Assembly: GCA_052035175.1 (NCBI GenBank)
Contig: JBPOHV010000001.1
Span: 233,569 to 297,568 of the forward strand
Direction of reading: 5' to 3'
Source: a candidate division WWE3 bacterium
GTDB lineage: Bacteria > Patescibacteriota > WWE3 > UBA101185 > UBA10185
Length of the DNA stretch: 64,000 bases
A program made the translations under genes and the position numbers. Under the pieces are notes generated by a model. It made no database searches, was not told where the DNA came from, and was given only the letters and a program-made list of their open reading frames with translations. Shown here piece after piece: positions 50,586 to 60,557 of the stretch (position 1 is its first letter; every line of letters begins with the position of its first letter).

Positions 50586-51233
50586 ATGCAAAATTCTCAC
50601 ACTGAAACAAAAGTTAATATTGAGGCAATTATTGAATCAGCAGAAAATATTGCCGTAGTCCCAGCGCCAAAAAGAGGCGACGATGCTTTATTTGCGGCAA
50701 TTGGTCTGCATACAATGCTTTTGAATAAAGGCAAGGCGTCTTATTTGCTTTATAACGGTGAATTACCCGCAGATTGTACAAATATAGTCGATGACCTAAC
50801 AGTAAGACCGTTGGAGGCTACAAAAGACCTTTTGGTGTCTATAGACTACAAAGATATCGACGATGCTCAAGTTTACTTTAATACCGAAGACCATACATTG
50901 CATCTTCGCATAAGCCCAGTTTTGCATACATATAAGCCAGAAGAAAAAATCAAATACGAACTGTCGGGTTCTACCTATGACCTTGTAATATTTATTGGTG
51001 TAAGCGATCTAACCGAGCTAGAACTTCCTGTAGATGCCTTGGAAAGCTTTTTGAATGGTGTTGGACTTATAAATCTAGATAATAAGGCTGAAAATCAGTT
51101 ATATGGTACTTTAAACTACGTAGAGCCTACAGACTCTGGTTTGGCTTTATTAGTGCTTAGAAGATCTTTGGAATGGGGTTTAGACCTTAACGAAAACGCT
51201 GCAAAAAGCTTGCTTCACGGGTTGAGTCGCTAA
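50586..51233 (+). CDS. Hypothetical protein, weakly DHH/NrnA-N-terminal-like, occupying the rbfA/truB position
   Basis: GDDALFAAIGLH resembles the DHH-family motif II region. Too short for a complete NrnA. Confidence 0.3.
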   Translation: MQNSHTETKVNIEAIIESAENIAVVPAPKRGDDALFAAIGLHTMLLNKGKASYLLYNGELPADCTNIVDDLTVRPLEATKDLLVSIDYKDIDDAQVYFNTEDHTLHLRISPVLHTYKPEEKIKYELSGSTYDLVIFIGVSDLTELELPVDALESFLNGVGLINLDNKAENQLYGTLNYVEPTDSGLALLVLRRSLEWGLDLNENAAKSLLHGLSR

Positions 51234-51274
51234 AGTAATTATTGCTTTTATTACTTGCAAAGTAATTATTGCTT
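51232..51274 (+). repeat. Two perfect 16-bp direct repeats (AAAGTAATTATTGCTT) spaced 27 bp start to start, upstream of rpsO
   Basis: Seen directly in the sequence. Repeat 2 overlaps a TTGCTT-N17-TAGTAT promoter-like element. Confidence 0.6.
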
Positions 51275-51308
51275 ATTTTTGGCGCATTTGATAGTATTTG
51301 ACACGTAT

Positions 51309-51578
51309 ATGGCATTGCAAAAAGAGAACAAACAAAAAGTTATAAACAACACAAAGCTTCACGAAAGTGACACTGGTTCTCCAGAAGTTCAGATAGCTTT
51401 GTTGTCAGAACGCATTGCAAAGCTCTCAGATCACCTCAAAATCCATAAAGGAGACAATCATTCTAGAAGAGGTCTTTTGCAGATGGTAGGTAAGAGACGA
51501 AGGTTGCTTGCTTATCTTAAAAAGAAGAATGAAGAGCGTTATAACGTTCTCTTAGAAAAACTTGACCTTCAAAAATAA
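51309..51578 (+). CDS. rpsO: 30S ribosomal protein S15
   Basis: Conserved S15 sequence (LSERI..L..HLK.HK.D.HSRRGLL..V..RR.LL.YL). Start reassigned to the Met at 51309, whereas the ORF track starts at 51255. Confidence 0.85.
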   Translation: MALQKENKQKVINNTKLHESDTGSPEVQIALLSERIAKLSDHLKIHKGDNHSRRGLLQMVGKRRRLLAYLKKKNEERYNVLLEKLDLQK

Positions 51579-51702
51579 TTGTATAAATTTGTTTTGGGTA
51601 GTGTATAGGTTAGGAAGTGGAATATTGTGCAGATTATTTTAATCTACTTACTATTTCATCTCTTAACCCTCTAGAAATCCCAAAAACGAAAGAAAGAAAA
51701 AA

Positions 51703-53916
51703 ATGGAAAAAATAATATCCAAAGAAATAGACTTCTTAGGTAAGAAGTTGTATTTAGAAACGGGCAAATTAGCCAATATGACAAATATTGCTGTCAAAGC
51801 ATCATATGGCGATACAGTAGTTTTGGTAACTGTGGTAGCTCAACCAGCATCAAACGAAACTGATTTCTTCCCGTTGACTATAAATTATGTAGAAAAATTG
51901 TATGCAAGTGGGACTGTAAAGTCTTCACGTTTTGTAAAAAGAGATGGCAGAGGTACAGACGAAGCAACTATAGCTGGTCGTGCCGTCGATCATGCCATTC
52001 GACCGCTATTTCCTAAAGACTATGTTGATGAAGTGCAAATAGTTGCAACAGTCATGTCTTTGGATGAAGATTGCGATCCTCAATTTTTAACAATGACTGC
52101 TGTTTCTGCTGCTTTGCAAGCTTCTGACTTACCATTTAAAGGCCCTATGATTACAGCCAGAGTTGGTTATACCAATGGCGGATATATACTTTGTCCGACA
52201 CGCAAACAACAACATACAGATAGTGATTTAGATATGTTGGTTTCGTTTGTTGGCGAAGATAAAAAATATTTAGCCATGGAAGTAGAAGCAAATATTTTAT
52301 CTGAAGAAAAAATATTGGGCGGCGTAGAATTTGCAAGAAACGGATTAGACGATGTTTATAATCTTATTCTAGATTTTGCAAAAGCAGTTAATCCAGAGAA
52401 TAAAAAATATACTTATTCACCAAGAGTTATTGACCCCGCTTTGCTAACCGAGTTAGATACACTTGTTGGTGCCTCAATCAAAGACTTGATGCATAAAGGT
52501 ACCGACAAAAACATGCTTACAGTAGAATTTGATAAAGTTTTGTCTGATGCCGTTATAGCTTTGGATGGAAAATATAAAAAATCCGAAGTTTCTATGGCGT
52601 TTGATGAACTCAAAAAGAAACAAATGCAAAAAATGATTTTGGAAGAAAAGAAGCGCGCTGATGGTCGCGGTATTACAGATGTAAGACCAATAATGACTGA
52701 AGTAGGGCTTTTACCAAGAGTTCACGGTTCTGCGCTGTTTAGTAGAGGTATTACTCAAGATTTAACTATTGTAACTTTGGCTTCTCCCTCACAAGAATTG
52801 CTTTTGCAAGACATGTACGGTGAAAGATCAAAGCGTTATATGCATTATTACAACTTTCCTCCATATGCTTCTGGTGAAGCTGGTCGTATGGGTGGATTTC
52901 CTAAAAATCGAGAAATTGGTCATGGCATGATTGGTGAAAATGCGTTGAGACCTGTTATACCTTCTCAAGATGACTTCCCATACACAATTCTGGTTACATC
53001 CGAGATTTTGTCGTCTAGTGGTTCTACATCGATGGCTGCAACTTGTGGATCATCTTTGGCCTTAATGGACGCCGGTGTACCTATTAAAGATTTGGTAGGT
53101 GGTGTTGGTGTTGGTTTGATAGCCAATGATGATTTTAGCGATTACCTCATACTTACAGATTTGGCTTATATGGAAGACGCATTTGGGTTTATGGACTTCA
53201 AAATGACTGGTACTCGCACTGGTGTTACAGCAATTCAATGCGATATGAAATTGCCAGGTATACCAATGTCTTTATTACCAAAGATTTTTGAACAATCAAA
53301 AGACTCACGTATGAAAGTATTAGATGAAATGGAGAAATCTATTTCTTCACCAAGAGCAGAGCTCTCAAAATATGCTCCAAAGATGATGAGTGTGATGATC
53401 GATCCAGATAAAATTGGTATGGTAATAGGCTCTGGTGGTAAGACAATCAAAGAGTTACAAGAAAAGACTAATACAGAAATATTTATCGAAGAAATTGGTA
53501 GAGTTACAGTATCTGGTAAAAGTTCAGATGAAGTACAAGCTGCAATCGACATTATTTCTGGAATGACAAAAGATGTGAAACCGGGAGAAATCTATGATGG
53601 TACGGTTACAGGTTTGTTAGACTTTGGTGCTTTGGTAGAAATACTTCCAGGAAAAGTAGGACTTTTGCATATTAGCGAAATTACTAACCAATATGTAAGT
53701 TCTGTACAAGACTATTTCACTGTTGGTCAAGCTGTAAAAGTACGAGTACTCGAAGCAGGTCACGACGGTAAAATAAGCTTATCTTCAAAAGAATTTGTCG
53801 AAGCAAAAGAAGCAGATCCAAATGCTGCACCAAGACCTCAATCTGATAGACCTCAAAGATCTGATCGTAGACCAAGTGGTGACGGCAGAAGGCATGAGTT
53901 TAGGCGCAATAGGTAG
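51703..53916 (+). CDS. pnp: Polynucleotide phosphorylase
   Basis: Two RNase PH domains, KH and S1 domains, and an Arg-rich C-terminal tail. Length 737 aa. Confidence 0.9.
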   Translation: MEKIISKEIDFLGKKLYLETGKLANMTNIAVKASYGDTVVLVTVVAQPASNETDFFPLTINYVEKLYASGTVKSSRFVKRDGRGTDEATIAGRAVDHAIRPLFPKDYVDEVQIVATVMSLDEDCDPQFLTMTAVSAALQASDLPFKGPMITARVGYTNGGYILCPTRKQQHTDSDLDMLVSFVGEDKKYLAMEVEANILSEEKILGGVEFARNGLDDVYNLILDFAKAVNPENKKYTYSPRVIDPALLTELDTLVGASIKDLMHKGTDKNMLTVEFDKVLSDAVIALDGKYKKSEVSMAFDELKKKQMQKMILEEKKRADGRGITDVRPIMTEVGLLPRVHGSALFSRGITQDLTIVTLASPSQELLLQDMYGERSKRYMHYYNFPPYASGEAGRMGGFPKNREIGHGMIGENALRPVIPSQDDFPYTILVTSEILSSSGSTSMAATCGSSLALMDAGVPIKDLVGGVGVGLIANDDFSDYLILTDLAYMEDAFGFMDFKMTGTRTGVTAIQCDMKLPGIPMSLLPKIFEQSKDSRMKVLDEMEKSISSPRAELSKYAPKMMSVMIDPDKIGMVIGSGGKTIKELQEKTNTEIFIEEIGRVTVSGKSSDEVQAAIDIISGMTKDVKPGEIYDGTVTGLLDFGALVEILPGKVGLLHISEITNQYVSSVQDYFTVGQAVKVRVLEAGHDGKISLSSKEFVEAKEADPNAAPRPQSDRPQRSDRRPSGDGRRHEFRRNR

Positions 53917-54849
53917 TTGCTGGTATATAATTTTGTTATGTCTGTATTAAGCTGCCCAGCGTGTGGTTCGTATATAAAGTCGTATGAAAAGTATTTTTGT
54001 ACTACTTGTGGTAAACGACTTGCATACAACTCTACTATAGAAACAAAATCGGTACCCTTGCCTATTAATAAAATACCTATTGGAGAAACAACACACACAG
54101 ATAGCTTGGTTGTTAGTAGTGGTAATCATTTTTTTAAAAAGCTGTACCTTGCTTATATACTGATATTTATAGTTTTGTTAGGGTTGATTTCTTTGTTTTA
54201 TACAGCTGATATATCAAAATATTTAAAGTTTTTTAAGCAGCTAGATAAAGCTGAGAATCAGTCATTAACCATTTCACAGCCTAATGCGCATGTTGTAACA
54301 ACGACGCTTGATTTGACAGCAAAGAAACTATCTCGCGATGGTATTTCTAAATATGCACCTTTTGAGTCTGTGTTATATTTTGAAGCTTATGATGCAAGAA
54401 AAATTTTTGATTTATATTTGAGTTCAAAAGCTCCTAAGTATTCAAAAGATATAAGTAATTTATATCCGCTTGCTGGGGATGCATTGGCTTTTTTTGTTGC
54501 TGATAACTATTGGGTGTTACTTGTAGAAAAGAATGATACAGTTTCTGAGGTAACATTTAAATCTCAAGAAGGTTTGGCTTTTGGAGTTGTGGATAATTAC
54601 TATTACTTATCAGACAGTGAAGACGCGTATAAAAACATTGTTTTTTCAAAAGAAAAAATAGCAAAAAACTTTGGAATGACGCCACATTTTGTAACTCAAA
54701 GCGTATCTTTGGGAGAAACAAAAATAAAAGCTTTTGTGTATGCTAAAGACAATGAGTATTTAAATCAGTTGGGTTTGATAGGCTTTAGCAATAAAGAAGT
54801 TTTGGATAAAATAACAAGTATTAATTTATCTTATTTTGCAGTACTGTAG
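53917..54849 (+). CDS. Zinc-ribbon (CPACG...CTTCG) membrane-anchored protein of unknown function
   Basis: N-terminal CxxC-x15-CxxC, then a TM helix, then an extracytoplasmic domain. Starts 1 nt after the pnp stop. Confidence 0.5.
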   Translation: MLVYNFVMSVLSCPACGSYIKSYEKYFCTTCGKRLAYNSTIETKSVPLPINKIPIGETTHTDSLVVSSGNHFFKKLYLAYILIFIVLLGLISLFYTADISKYLKFFKQLDKAENQSLTISQPNAHVVTTTLDLTAKKLSRDGISKYAPFESVLYFEAYDARKIFDLYLSSKAPKYSKDISNLYPLAGDALAFFVADNYWVLLVEKNDTVSEVTFKSQEGLAFGVVDNYYYLSDSEDAYKNIVFSKEKIAKNFGMTPHFVTQSVSLGETKIKAFVYAKDNEYLNQLGLIGFSNKEVLDKITSINLSYFAVL

Positions 54850-54858
54850 AGTATACAT

Positions 54859-55923
54859 ATGGATCAAACATCAAATTATGCATTTGAAGAATTAAATAAA
54901 CTTAACGCATTAATTCAATCTACTGAAGGTATGCCAGAAGATTTGAAAGTACGCGTAGTACAGATGTTGCAGCGCTTAGAGCGCATGGCTAATCTTGGGC
55001 ATTATGCTTCTGAATTTGATACGCTCGCTCGTTATATAGAAACAATCTCAGATTTACCTTGGAACAAACGTACAAACGATATACTCGATCTTGAAAATGC
55101 CAAGAAAATATTAAACAAAAACCATTACGGTATGCAGTATGTAAAAGATAGAATTTTAGAATATTTATCTGCACTTATTTTGCTTAAATCACGAGGTAAA
55201 AATGCAGAAGCACGGGCACCTATAGTTCTTTTAGTAGGTTTGCAAGGCGTTGGTAAAACAACTCTCGCTTACTCAATAGCTGAAGCATTAGGTCGACAAT
55301 TTGTCAGAATTTCGATGGGAGGTATCGGATCTACTTTGGAACTGCGCGGAAAAAGTAAAGCTTTTGAAGAAGCAGAGCCTGGTCAAGTTATAAAAGCTTT
55401 GATCAAGACTGGAGTTATGAATCCTGTTATTTTGTTGGATGAAATAGAAAAAGCCAGCGGTGAAAAAGGTTTGCGTTCGGATATTATGGCTGTTTTGTTG
55501 GAAATACTGGATCCTACTCAAAATGTAGAATTTCGAGATCATTATGTAGATTACCCTGTGAATTTGGGGGAAGTTCTTTTTGTTTGCTCTGCCAATAATA
55601 CAGGAACAATCAGCGCAGCTTTGATGGACAGAATGGAACTTATTAAAATGCCTTCTTACACTGACGAAGAAAAAATGGTTATAGCACGAGATTATCTTAT
55701 GCCTAAAATACTAGAAAAATCTGGTTTGACACCAGAAGAGTTGATCATTTCTCCCGAGCTTTGGCCAGGAGTTGTACGTCCGTTTGGATTTGACTCTGGT
55801 ATTCGAAGTCTAGGACGAACTTTGGAATCTGTAACACGAAAGGTTGCAAAAGAAATCGTTGAAGGTAAAACCAAATCTGTGACGCTAACAGCTCAAAATC
55901 TCAAAAATTATTTACCACAATGA
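54859..55923 (+). CDS. Lon-like AAA+ ATPase module without the LonN substrate domain and without the S16 protease domain
   Basis: Walker A GLQGVGKTTLAYSIAEALGRQFVRISMGG. Walker B ILLDEIEKA. Sensor region LEILDP..N. These align with the Lon ATPase and alpha domains. The ORF ends before any protease motif. Confidence 0.65.
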   Translation: MDQTSNYAFEELNKLNALIQSTEGMPEDLKVRVVQMLQRLERMANLGHYASEFDTLARYIETISDLPWNKRTNDILDLENAKKILNKNHYGMQYVKDRILEYLSALILLKSRGKNAEARAPIVLLVGLQGVGKTTLAYSIAEALGRQFVRISMGGIGSTLELRGKSKAFEEAEPGQVIKALIKTGVMNPVILLDEIEKASGEKGLRSDIMAVLLEILDPTQNVEFRDHYVDYPVNLGEVLFVCSANNTGTISAALMDRMELIKMPSYTDEEKMVIARDYLMPKILEKSGLTPEELIISPELWPGVVRPFGFDSGIRSLGRTLESVTRKVAKEIVEGKTKSVTLTAQNLKNYLPQ

Positions 55924-56579
55924 CAAAAGAAGAACGTATGCAGAAAATAGAAGAAGATATAAAAAGATGCAGAAAGTGCAGACTTTGTGAATTGGCGCAT
56001 AATGCTGTACCTGGTGAAGGTAATATAAATACCGAAATTGTCTTTGTTGGTGAGGCTCCGGGTGAAAAGGAAGATTTACAAGGTCGTCCATTTATTGGTA
56101 GAGCAGGTAAACTTTTGGATCAAATGTTGTCTAATTTAAATATTGAACGTAAAGATATTTGGATTGGAAATATAATAAAGCATCGTCCGCCTGAAAATAG
56201 AGATCCTTTACCAGACGAGATTGCTACTTGTTCTCCATATTTAACATCTCAACTAGATATAATAAATCCAAAGCTTGTTGTAACTCTGGGAAGATTTGCT
56301 ATGAATTATTTCTATCCACAGGGTAAAATATCATTAGATCATGGAAGATTGATAAGTTTGGATAAATACAAGTTGTTTCCGATGTATCATCCTGCAGCTG
56401 CGTTGAGAAATCCAACGATGGCAAAATCATTCAAAGAAGATTTTTCGACTTTACCTACGGTTTTGCAAAAAGTCAAAAGTGATTTAGGTAAGGCTGATAC
56501 GACAAATAAAAGTAATAATTTAGTAACTCATAGTAAGAGTTTTACACATGATGAAAATCAGTTAGGTTTATTCAAATGA
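55920..56579 (+). CDS. Uracil-DNA glycosylase, family 4 (Fe-S type)
   Basis: GEAPGEKEDLQGRPFIGRAGKLL motif. N-terminal Cys cluster. Confidence 0.8.
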   Translation: MTKEERMQKIEEDIKRCRKCRLCELAHNAVPGEGNINTEIVFVGEAPGEKEDLQGRPFIGRAGKLLDQMLSNLNIERKDIWIGNIIKHRPPENRDPLPDEIATCSPYLTSQLDIINPKLVVTLGRFAMNYFYPQGKISLDHGRLISLDKYKLFPMYHPAAALRNPTMAKSFKEDFSTLPTVLQKVKSDLGKADTTNKSNNLVTHSKSFTHDENQLGLFK

Positions 56580-58297
56580 TAAGACAGTTAAAAACATTGA
56601 GTACAGTGAAAGAAAAAGATATGACCGAAAAAGGGTTGAAAATAATATGTTTAAGCGATGAAGGCGCAAATAAAAATTTGATGATATACGAAACGCCAAA
56701 TGACATGATAGCAGTAGATTGTGGTGTGGCGTTTCCGGACGATAGTCAATTTGGTATAGATTTAGTTTTACCAGATATTAGTTATCTGGTTGAAAAGAAA
56801 TATAAATTGCGTGCGTTTTTGATTACGCATGGCCACGATGACCATTTTGCAGCATTGCCATTTTATATGGATCAATTTAAAGATGTTCCAGTTTATGCAA
56901 GTGGAATAGTTACCGCATTTGTGAGATTGATAATGGATGATGTAAAAGGTGAGGGTTTTATGGACGAATTAGATTTTCGTTTATTAACCGCTGGTGACAA
57001 GAATATTACTTTTGGAGACTTCAAATTAGATGTTTTTAGCATAAACCATTCTGTACCAGATTCATTGGGATTTGCTTTGCATACGCCAGAAGGGCTTATT
57101 GTGCATATAGCAGATTATAAAGTAGATATGACACCAGTTTTGGATAAACCTTTTGACCTAGCAGCTTTAGAAGGCTACGCAAAAGAAGGTATATTGTGTT
57201 TGGTCTCTGATTGTTTGGGTGCAGATTTACCAGGTAAAGTCCCATCAGAGAGTTCTTTGAATGAGACTTTCCCAGAAATCTTCAAGCAATTTGTCGGCAG
57301 GCAGATATTTATTACAACAATATCGTCAAATATTTCTAGAATGCGCCAGATTATAGATGCAGCAATAGCTGCCAATCGTAAAGTAGTACTTTTGGGAAGA
57401 TCTATCATCAACAAAGGCGGAGTTTGTAGAAAACTTGGGTATTTACCAGATGACGATACTCTTTATATTGATCGAAAAAATGCATCTAAGTATGCACAAG
57501 ACTCATTAGTTTATATAGTTGGAGGTTGTTTTGGCCAAGTGGGTTCGTCTTTAGACAGAATAGCAAAAAACGAATTGCGTGACACACAAGCAGATGATAA
57601 TGCAGTTATAGTCTTTTCTGCTGAGCCAGCACCGCCAGGTACTGATGTAGCTGTACAAAATATATTACATTCTTTTGCGATGCGTGATCTCACGCTTTTG
57701 TATCCTTCGATGGGGTTACATTTGCATGTATCAGGTCATGGCCATCACGATGATCTGAAACAAATTGCTCAACTTGCAAAACCAAAATATTTTATTCCAA
57801 TAGGCGGTATGGCACACAAAGAGCAAGCTTTCAGAAATATGACCATGGAACTTGGATATAAAAAAGATGCTACTCTAGATATGCACGAAGGTGAATCGCT
57901 TATATTTATGAATGGTGTTGCAAAAAAAGGCGAGACGATTCCTGTAAAAGAAATATATGTTGAAAACCGTGCGATTAGTGCCAATGGCAACATTGTTGTA
58001 CAAGATAGGCAGGCTTTATCTACAGACGGTATATTCATAGTTATTTTGCCAGTTTCACGTAAAGGTGAATTGTATGCAGACAAAATAGAAGTAGTTACTC
58101 GAGGCGTTGTTTATGTCAAAGAATCACAAGATTTATTGAACCAAGCTAAGAATATAATTAAAAAGACAATAGGTAAAAATGTACAAAAAAATAATTTGGG
58201 CACTATAAAGAAAAAGATTGAACAAGACATGGAAAGATTTTTTTATAATAAATCAAAAGTTAACCCGGTTATTATTGTACATACAATAACTATTTAA
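56576..58297 (+). CDS. rnj: Ribonuclease J
   Basis: Metallo-beta-lactamase HGHDDH motif, beta-CASP and a C-terminal domain. Length 573 aa. Confidence 0.85.
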   Translation: MIRQLKTLSTVKEKDMTEKGLKIICLSDEGANKNLMIYETPNDMIAVDCGVAFPDDSQFGIDLVLPDISYLVEKKYKLRAFLITHGHDDHFAALPFYMDQFKDVPVYASGIVTAFVRLIMDDVKGEGFMDELDFRLLTAGDKNITFGDFKLDVFSINHSVPDSLGFALHTPEGLIVHIADYKVDMTPVLDKPFDLAALEGYAKEGILCLVSDCLGADLPGKVPSESSLNETFPEIFKQFVGRQIFITTISSNISRMRQIIDAAIAANRKVVLLGRSIINKGGVCRKLGYLPDDDTLYIDRKNASKYAQDSLVYIVGGCFGQVGSSLDRIAKNELRDTQADDNAVIVFSAEPAPPGTDVAVQNILHSFAMRDLTLLYPSMGLHLHVSGHGHHDDLKQIAQLAKPKYFIPIGGMAHKEQAFRNMTMELGYKKDATLDMHEGESLIFMNGVAKKGETIPVKEIYVENRAISANGNIVVQDRQALSTDGIFIVILPVSRKGELYADKIEVVTRGVVYVKESQDLLNQAKNIIKKTIGKNVQKNNLGTIKKKIEQDMERFFYNKSKVNPVIIVHTITI

Positions 58298-58298
58298 T

Positions 58299-60557
58299 AT
58301 GGCTAGAAGAGGTAGAAAAAAGAAATTTAAATTGAGTCTCGATATTCAACCTGAAACTATAAGGTCTGTTATTGCAGTTGTTCTTATTTTATTAGGAATA
58401 CTTAGCTTTATTTCTTTTTTAGCTCCAGATTATTATATAAACGAAAAGCTTCAGTTGATGCTTAGGGGTTTGTTTGGATACCCTTCTGTAATATTAGCTG
58501 GTTTGATTATAATTTCTGGTTTGGTTTTACTAGATTCATTTCAACATAAAATAAAAGAACCGCGCGTAGTTTTGGGTTTGATTATTTTACTTTTTTCTTT
58601 GTCTGGTATGTTTCATGTGTTTATATCTGCTAGTGAAGCAAAAGAACTGGCGATGGACGGTAGCGGCGGCGGATTAATAGGTTACTACTTGTCTAGATTA
58701 TTGGTACAAGCGTTGAGTAAGTACGGTGCAGTTATAGCACTTTTTGGTATAGTAGGAATTTCATTTCTTTTGATATTTGATAAGTCTCTAGATTATATTA
58801 TTGAATCTTTATCTGGTTTAAGTGAGAAATTTAATATTCATCTACCAAAATTTACAAAAAAACCTGTAGAAGCTACACAAGAAGAAACCACTTTATTTAC
58901 TGCTTCTTCAGAGAAATTTGATGAGAATGAAGATGCTGCTGAAACATATCAAGAAGTAGCTGAAGAGTTTGAAATAATTCCTTCTATGTCAGAACCTCAA
59001 GGCGAAATTGCTGTAGCATCAATAGATGACTCTAGCGATGCCGATGATACTGTTAGTGAATTACCCGAGGTTAAAATGCCCAAACTTCCGTATATAGATA
59101 AAGTTTGGCAAACACCCCCACTCGATATACTTATGGATCCTCCAGAAGTTGCTCCTGATGCTGGAGATATAAATGAAAATGCAAAAAAGATAAAAGATAC
59201 ACTCAGATCTTTTGGAATAAATGTAAATGTCGAAGATGTAAAGCCTGGCCCCTCTGTTACTCAATATGCATTGAGCTATGAGTCTGGCCAGACAAAAATT
59301 TCAAAGATCACTGGTTTGCAAAATGATTTGGCTATGGCATTGGCTTCTCAAACCGGGACTGTGCGTATAGAGGCTCCTATTCCAGGTAAATCTTTGATAG
59401 GTATCGAGGTACCAAATAGAAATAGAGTAATGGTTACATTCAAATCACAATTGATTTCTGACGCAATGAAAAAGATGAAATCTAAGCTTGGTATAGTTTT
59501 GGGTAAAGATGTAAGTGGTAAAACATTTGTATATGATATAGCCAAAATGCCTCATATGTTGGTAGCTGGAGCTACCGGCTCTGGTAAATCGGTTTTTATT
59601 CATAACATTTTATTTTCAATTTTATATAGAGCAAGTCCCCAAGAAGTTAAATTTATTCTTATAGACCCCAAAAGAGTCGAGCTTAATTATTATCAGGGTA
59701 TACCACATTTATATTGCCCAGTTGTTACAGATATGGAAAAAGCTCCATCAGTATTTAAGTGGGCTGTCGCAGAAATGGACCGCAGATATAAGTTGTTTGA
59801 AGCGGCTCGTGCACGTGACATAGATTCATATAACGAAAAATCAGGTTTTCAAGCTTTACCTTACATCGTAATAATTGTCGACGAGTTGGCCGAAATTATG
59901 GTGCAAGATCCTGCTGGTGTTGAAAAAAGCATAATTAGACTTGCGCAATTAGCCCGTGCAACTGGTATACACTTGATACTAGCTTTACAAAGACCTTCGA
60001 CAAATATCATTACAGGTTTAATAAAAGCCAATATTACGTGTAGGATTGCTTTTAACGTCGCTAGTGGTGTAGATTCACGCGTTATACTCGATCAGCCAGG
60101 TGCAGAGAAACTATTGGGTAAAGGAGATATGTTATTTATGCCACCAGATAATCCAAAGGCGATGCGTTTGCAAGGCTCATTCATCTCTGAAAAAGAAATT
60201 ATAAGCCTGGTTGATAGTCTAAAGTCTTTGGGTTTGAACCCAGAGTATAAACCAGAGATACTTGAAATGCATAATCCAAATAGCGGTTCTGGTAAATCAT
60301 CATCTGGTAAGCACGGAAGTGATGATGTTGATGAGTTATTTGATGAAGCTATGGACATAGTAGTTTCTACAGGTAAAGCTTCAGCTTCTTTATTGCAACG
60401 TAGACTTTCGATTGGTTATACACGCGCGGCTCGTATTTTAGATGAGCTAGAAGAAAAAGGTATTATAGGTCCCTCAATGGGAAGTAAAGCGAGAGATATT
60501 TTGCATAGTGCACCAAGTTTAGAAGAGCCCTCATTCGATGAATATGACGAAGAATGA
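58299..60557 (+). CDS. ftsK: DNA translocase FtsK/SpoIIIE
   Basis: N-terminal TM helices and a linker. Motor domain with Walker A GATGSGKS. C-terminal gamma wHTH. Confidence 0.9.
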   Translation: MARRGRKKKFKLSLDIQPETIRSVIAVVLILLGILSFISFLAPDYYINEKLQLMLRGLFGYPSVILAGLIIISGLVLLDSFQHKIKEPRVVLGLIILLFSLSGMFHVFISASEAKELAMDGSGGGLIGYYLSRLLVQALSKYGAVIALFGIVGISFLLIFDKSLDYIIESLSGLSEKFNIHLPKFTKKPVEATQEETTLFTASSEKFDENEDAAETYQEVAEEFEIIPSMSEPQGEIAVASIDDSSDADDTVSELPEVKMPKLPYIDKVWQTPPLDILMDPPEVAPDAGDINENAKKIKDTLRSFGINVNVEDVKPGPSVTQYALSYESGQTKISKITGLQNDLAMALASQTGTVRIEAPIPGKSLIGIEVPNRNRVMVTFKSQLISDAMKKMKSKLGIVLGKDVSGKTFVYDIAKMPHMLVAGATGSGKSVFIHNILFSILYRASPQEVKFILIDPKRVELNYYQGIPHLYCPVVTDMEKAPSVFKWAVAEMDRRYKLFEAARARDIDSYNEKSGFQALPYIVIIVDELAEIMVQDPAGVEKSIIRLAQLARATGIHLILALQRPSTNIITGLIKANITCRIAFNVASGVDSRVILDQPGAEKLLGKGDMLFMPPDNPKAMRLQGSFISEKEIISLVDSLKSLGLNPEYKPEILEMHNPNSGSGKSSSGKHGSDDVDELFDEAMDIVVSTGKASASLLQRRLSIGYTRAARILDELEEKGIIGPSMGSKARDILHSAPSLEEPSFDEYDEE

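Noticed and set aside
54859-55923. The Lon-AAA ORF as a simple 5' fragment of a frameshifted full-length lon.
   Set aside because: The downstream sequence encodes UDG in another frame with a 4-nt overlap. No S16 protease motifs appear in any frame downstream, and no LonN-like sequence lies upstream. It is therefore treated as a stand-alone module, though a pseudogene cannot be excluded.
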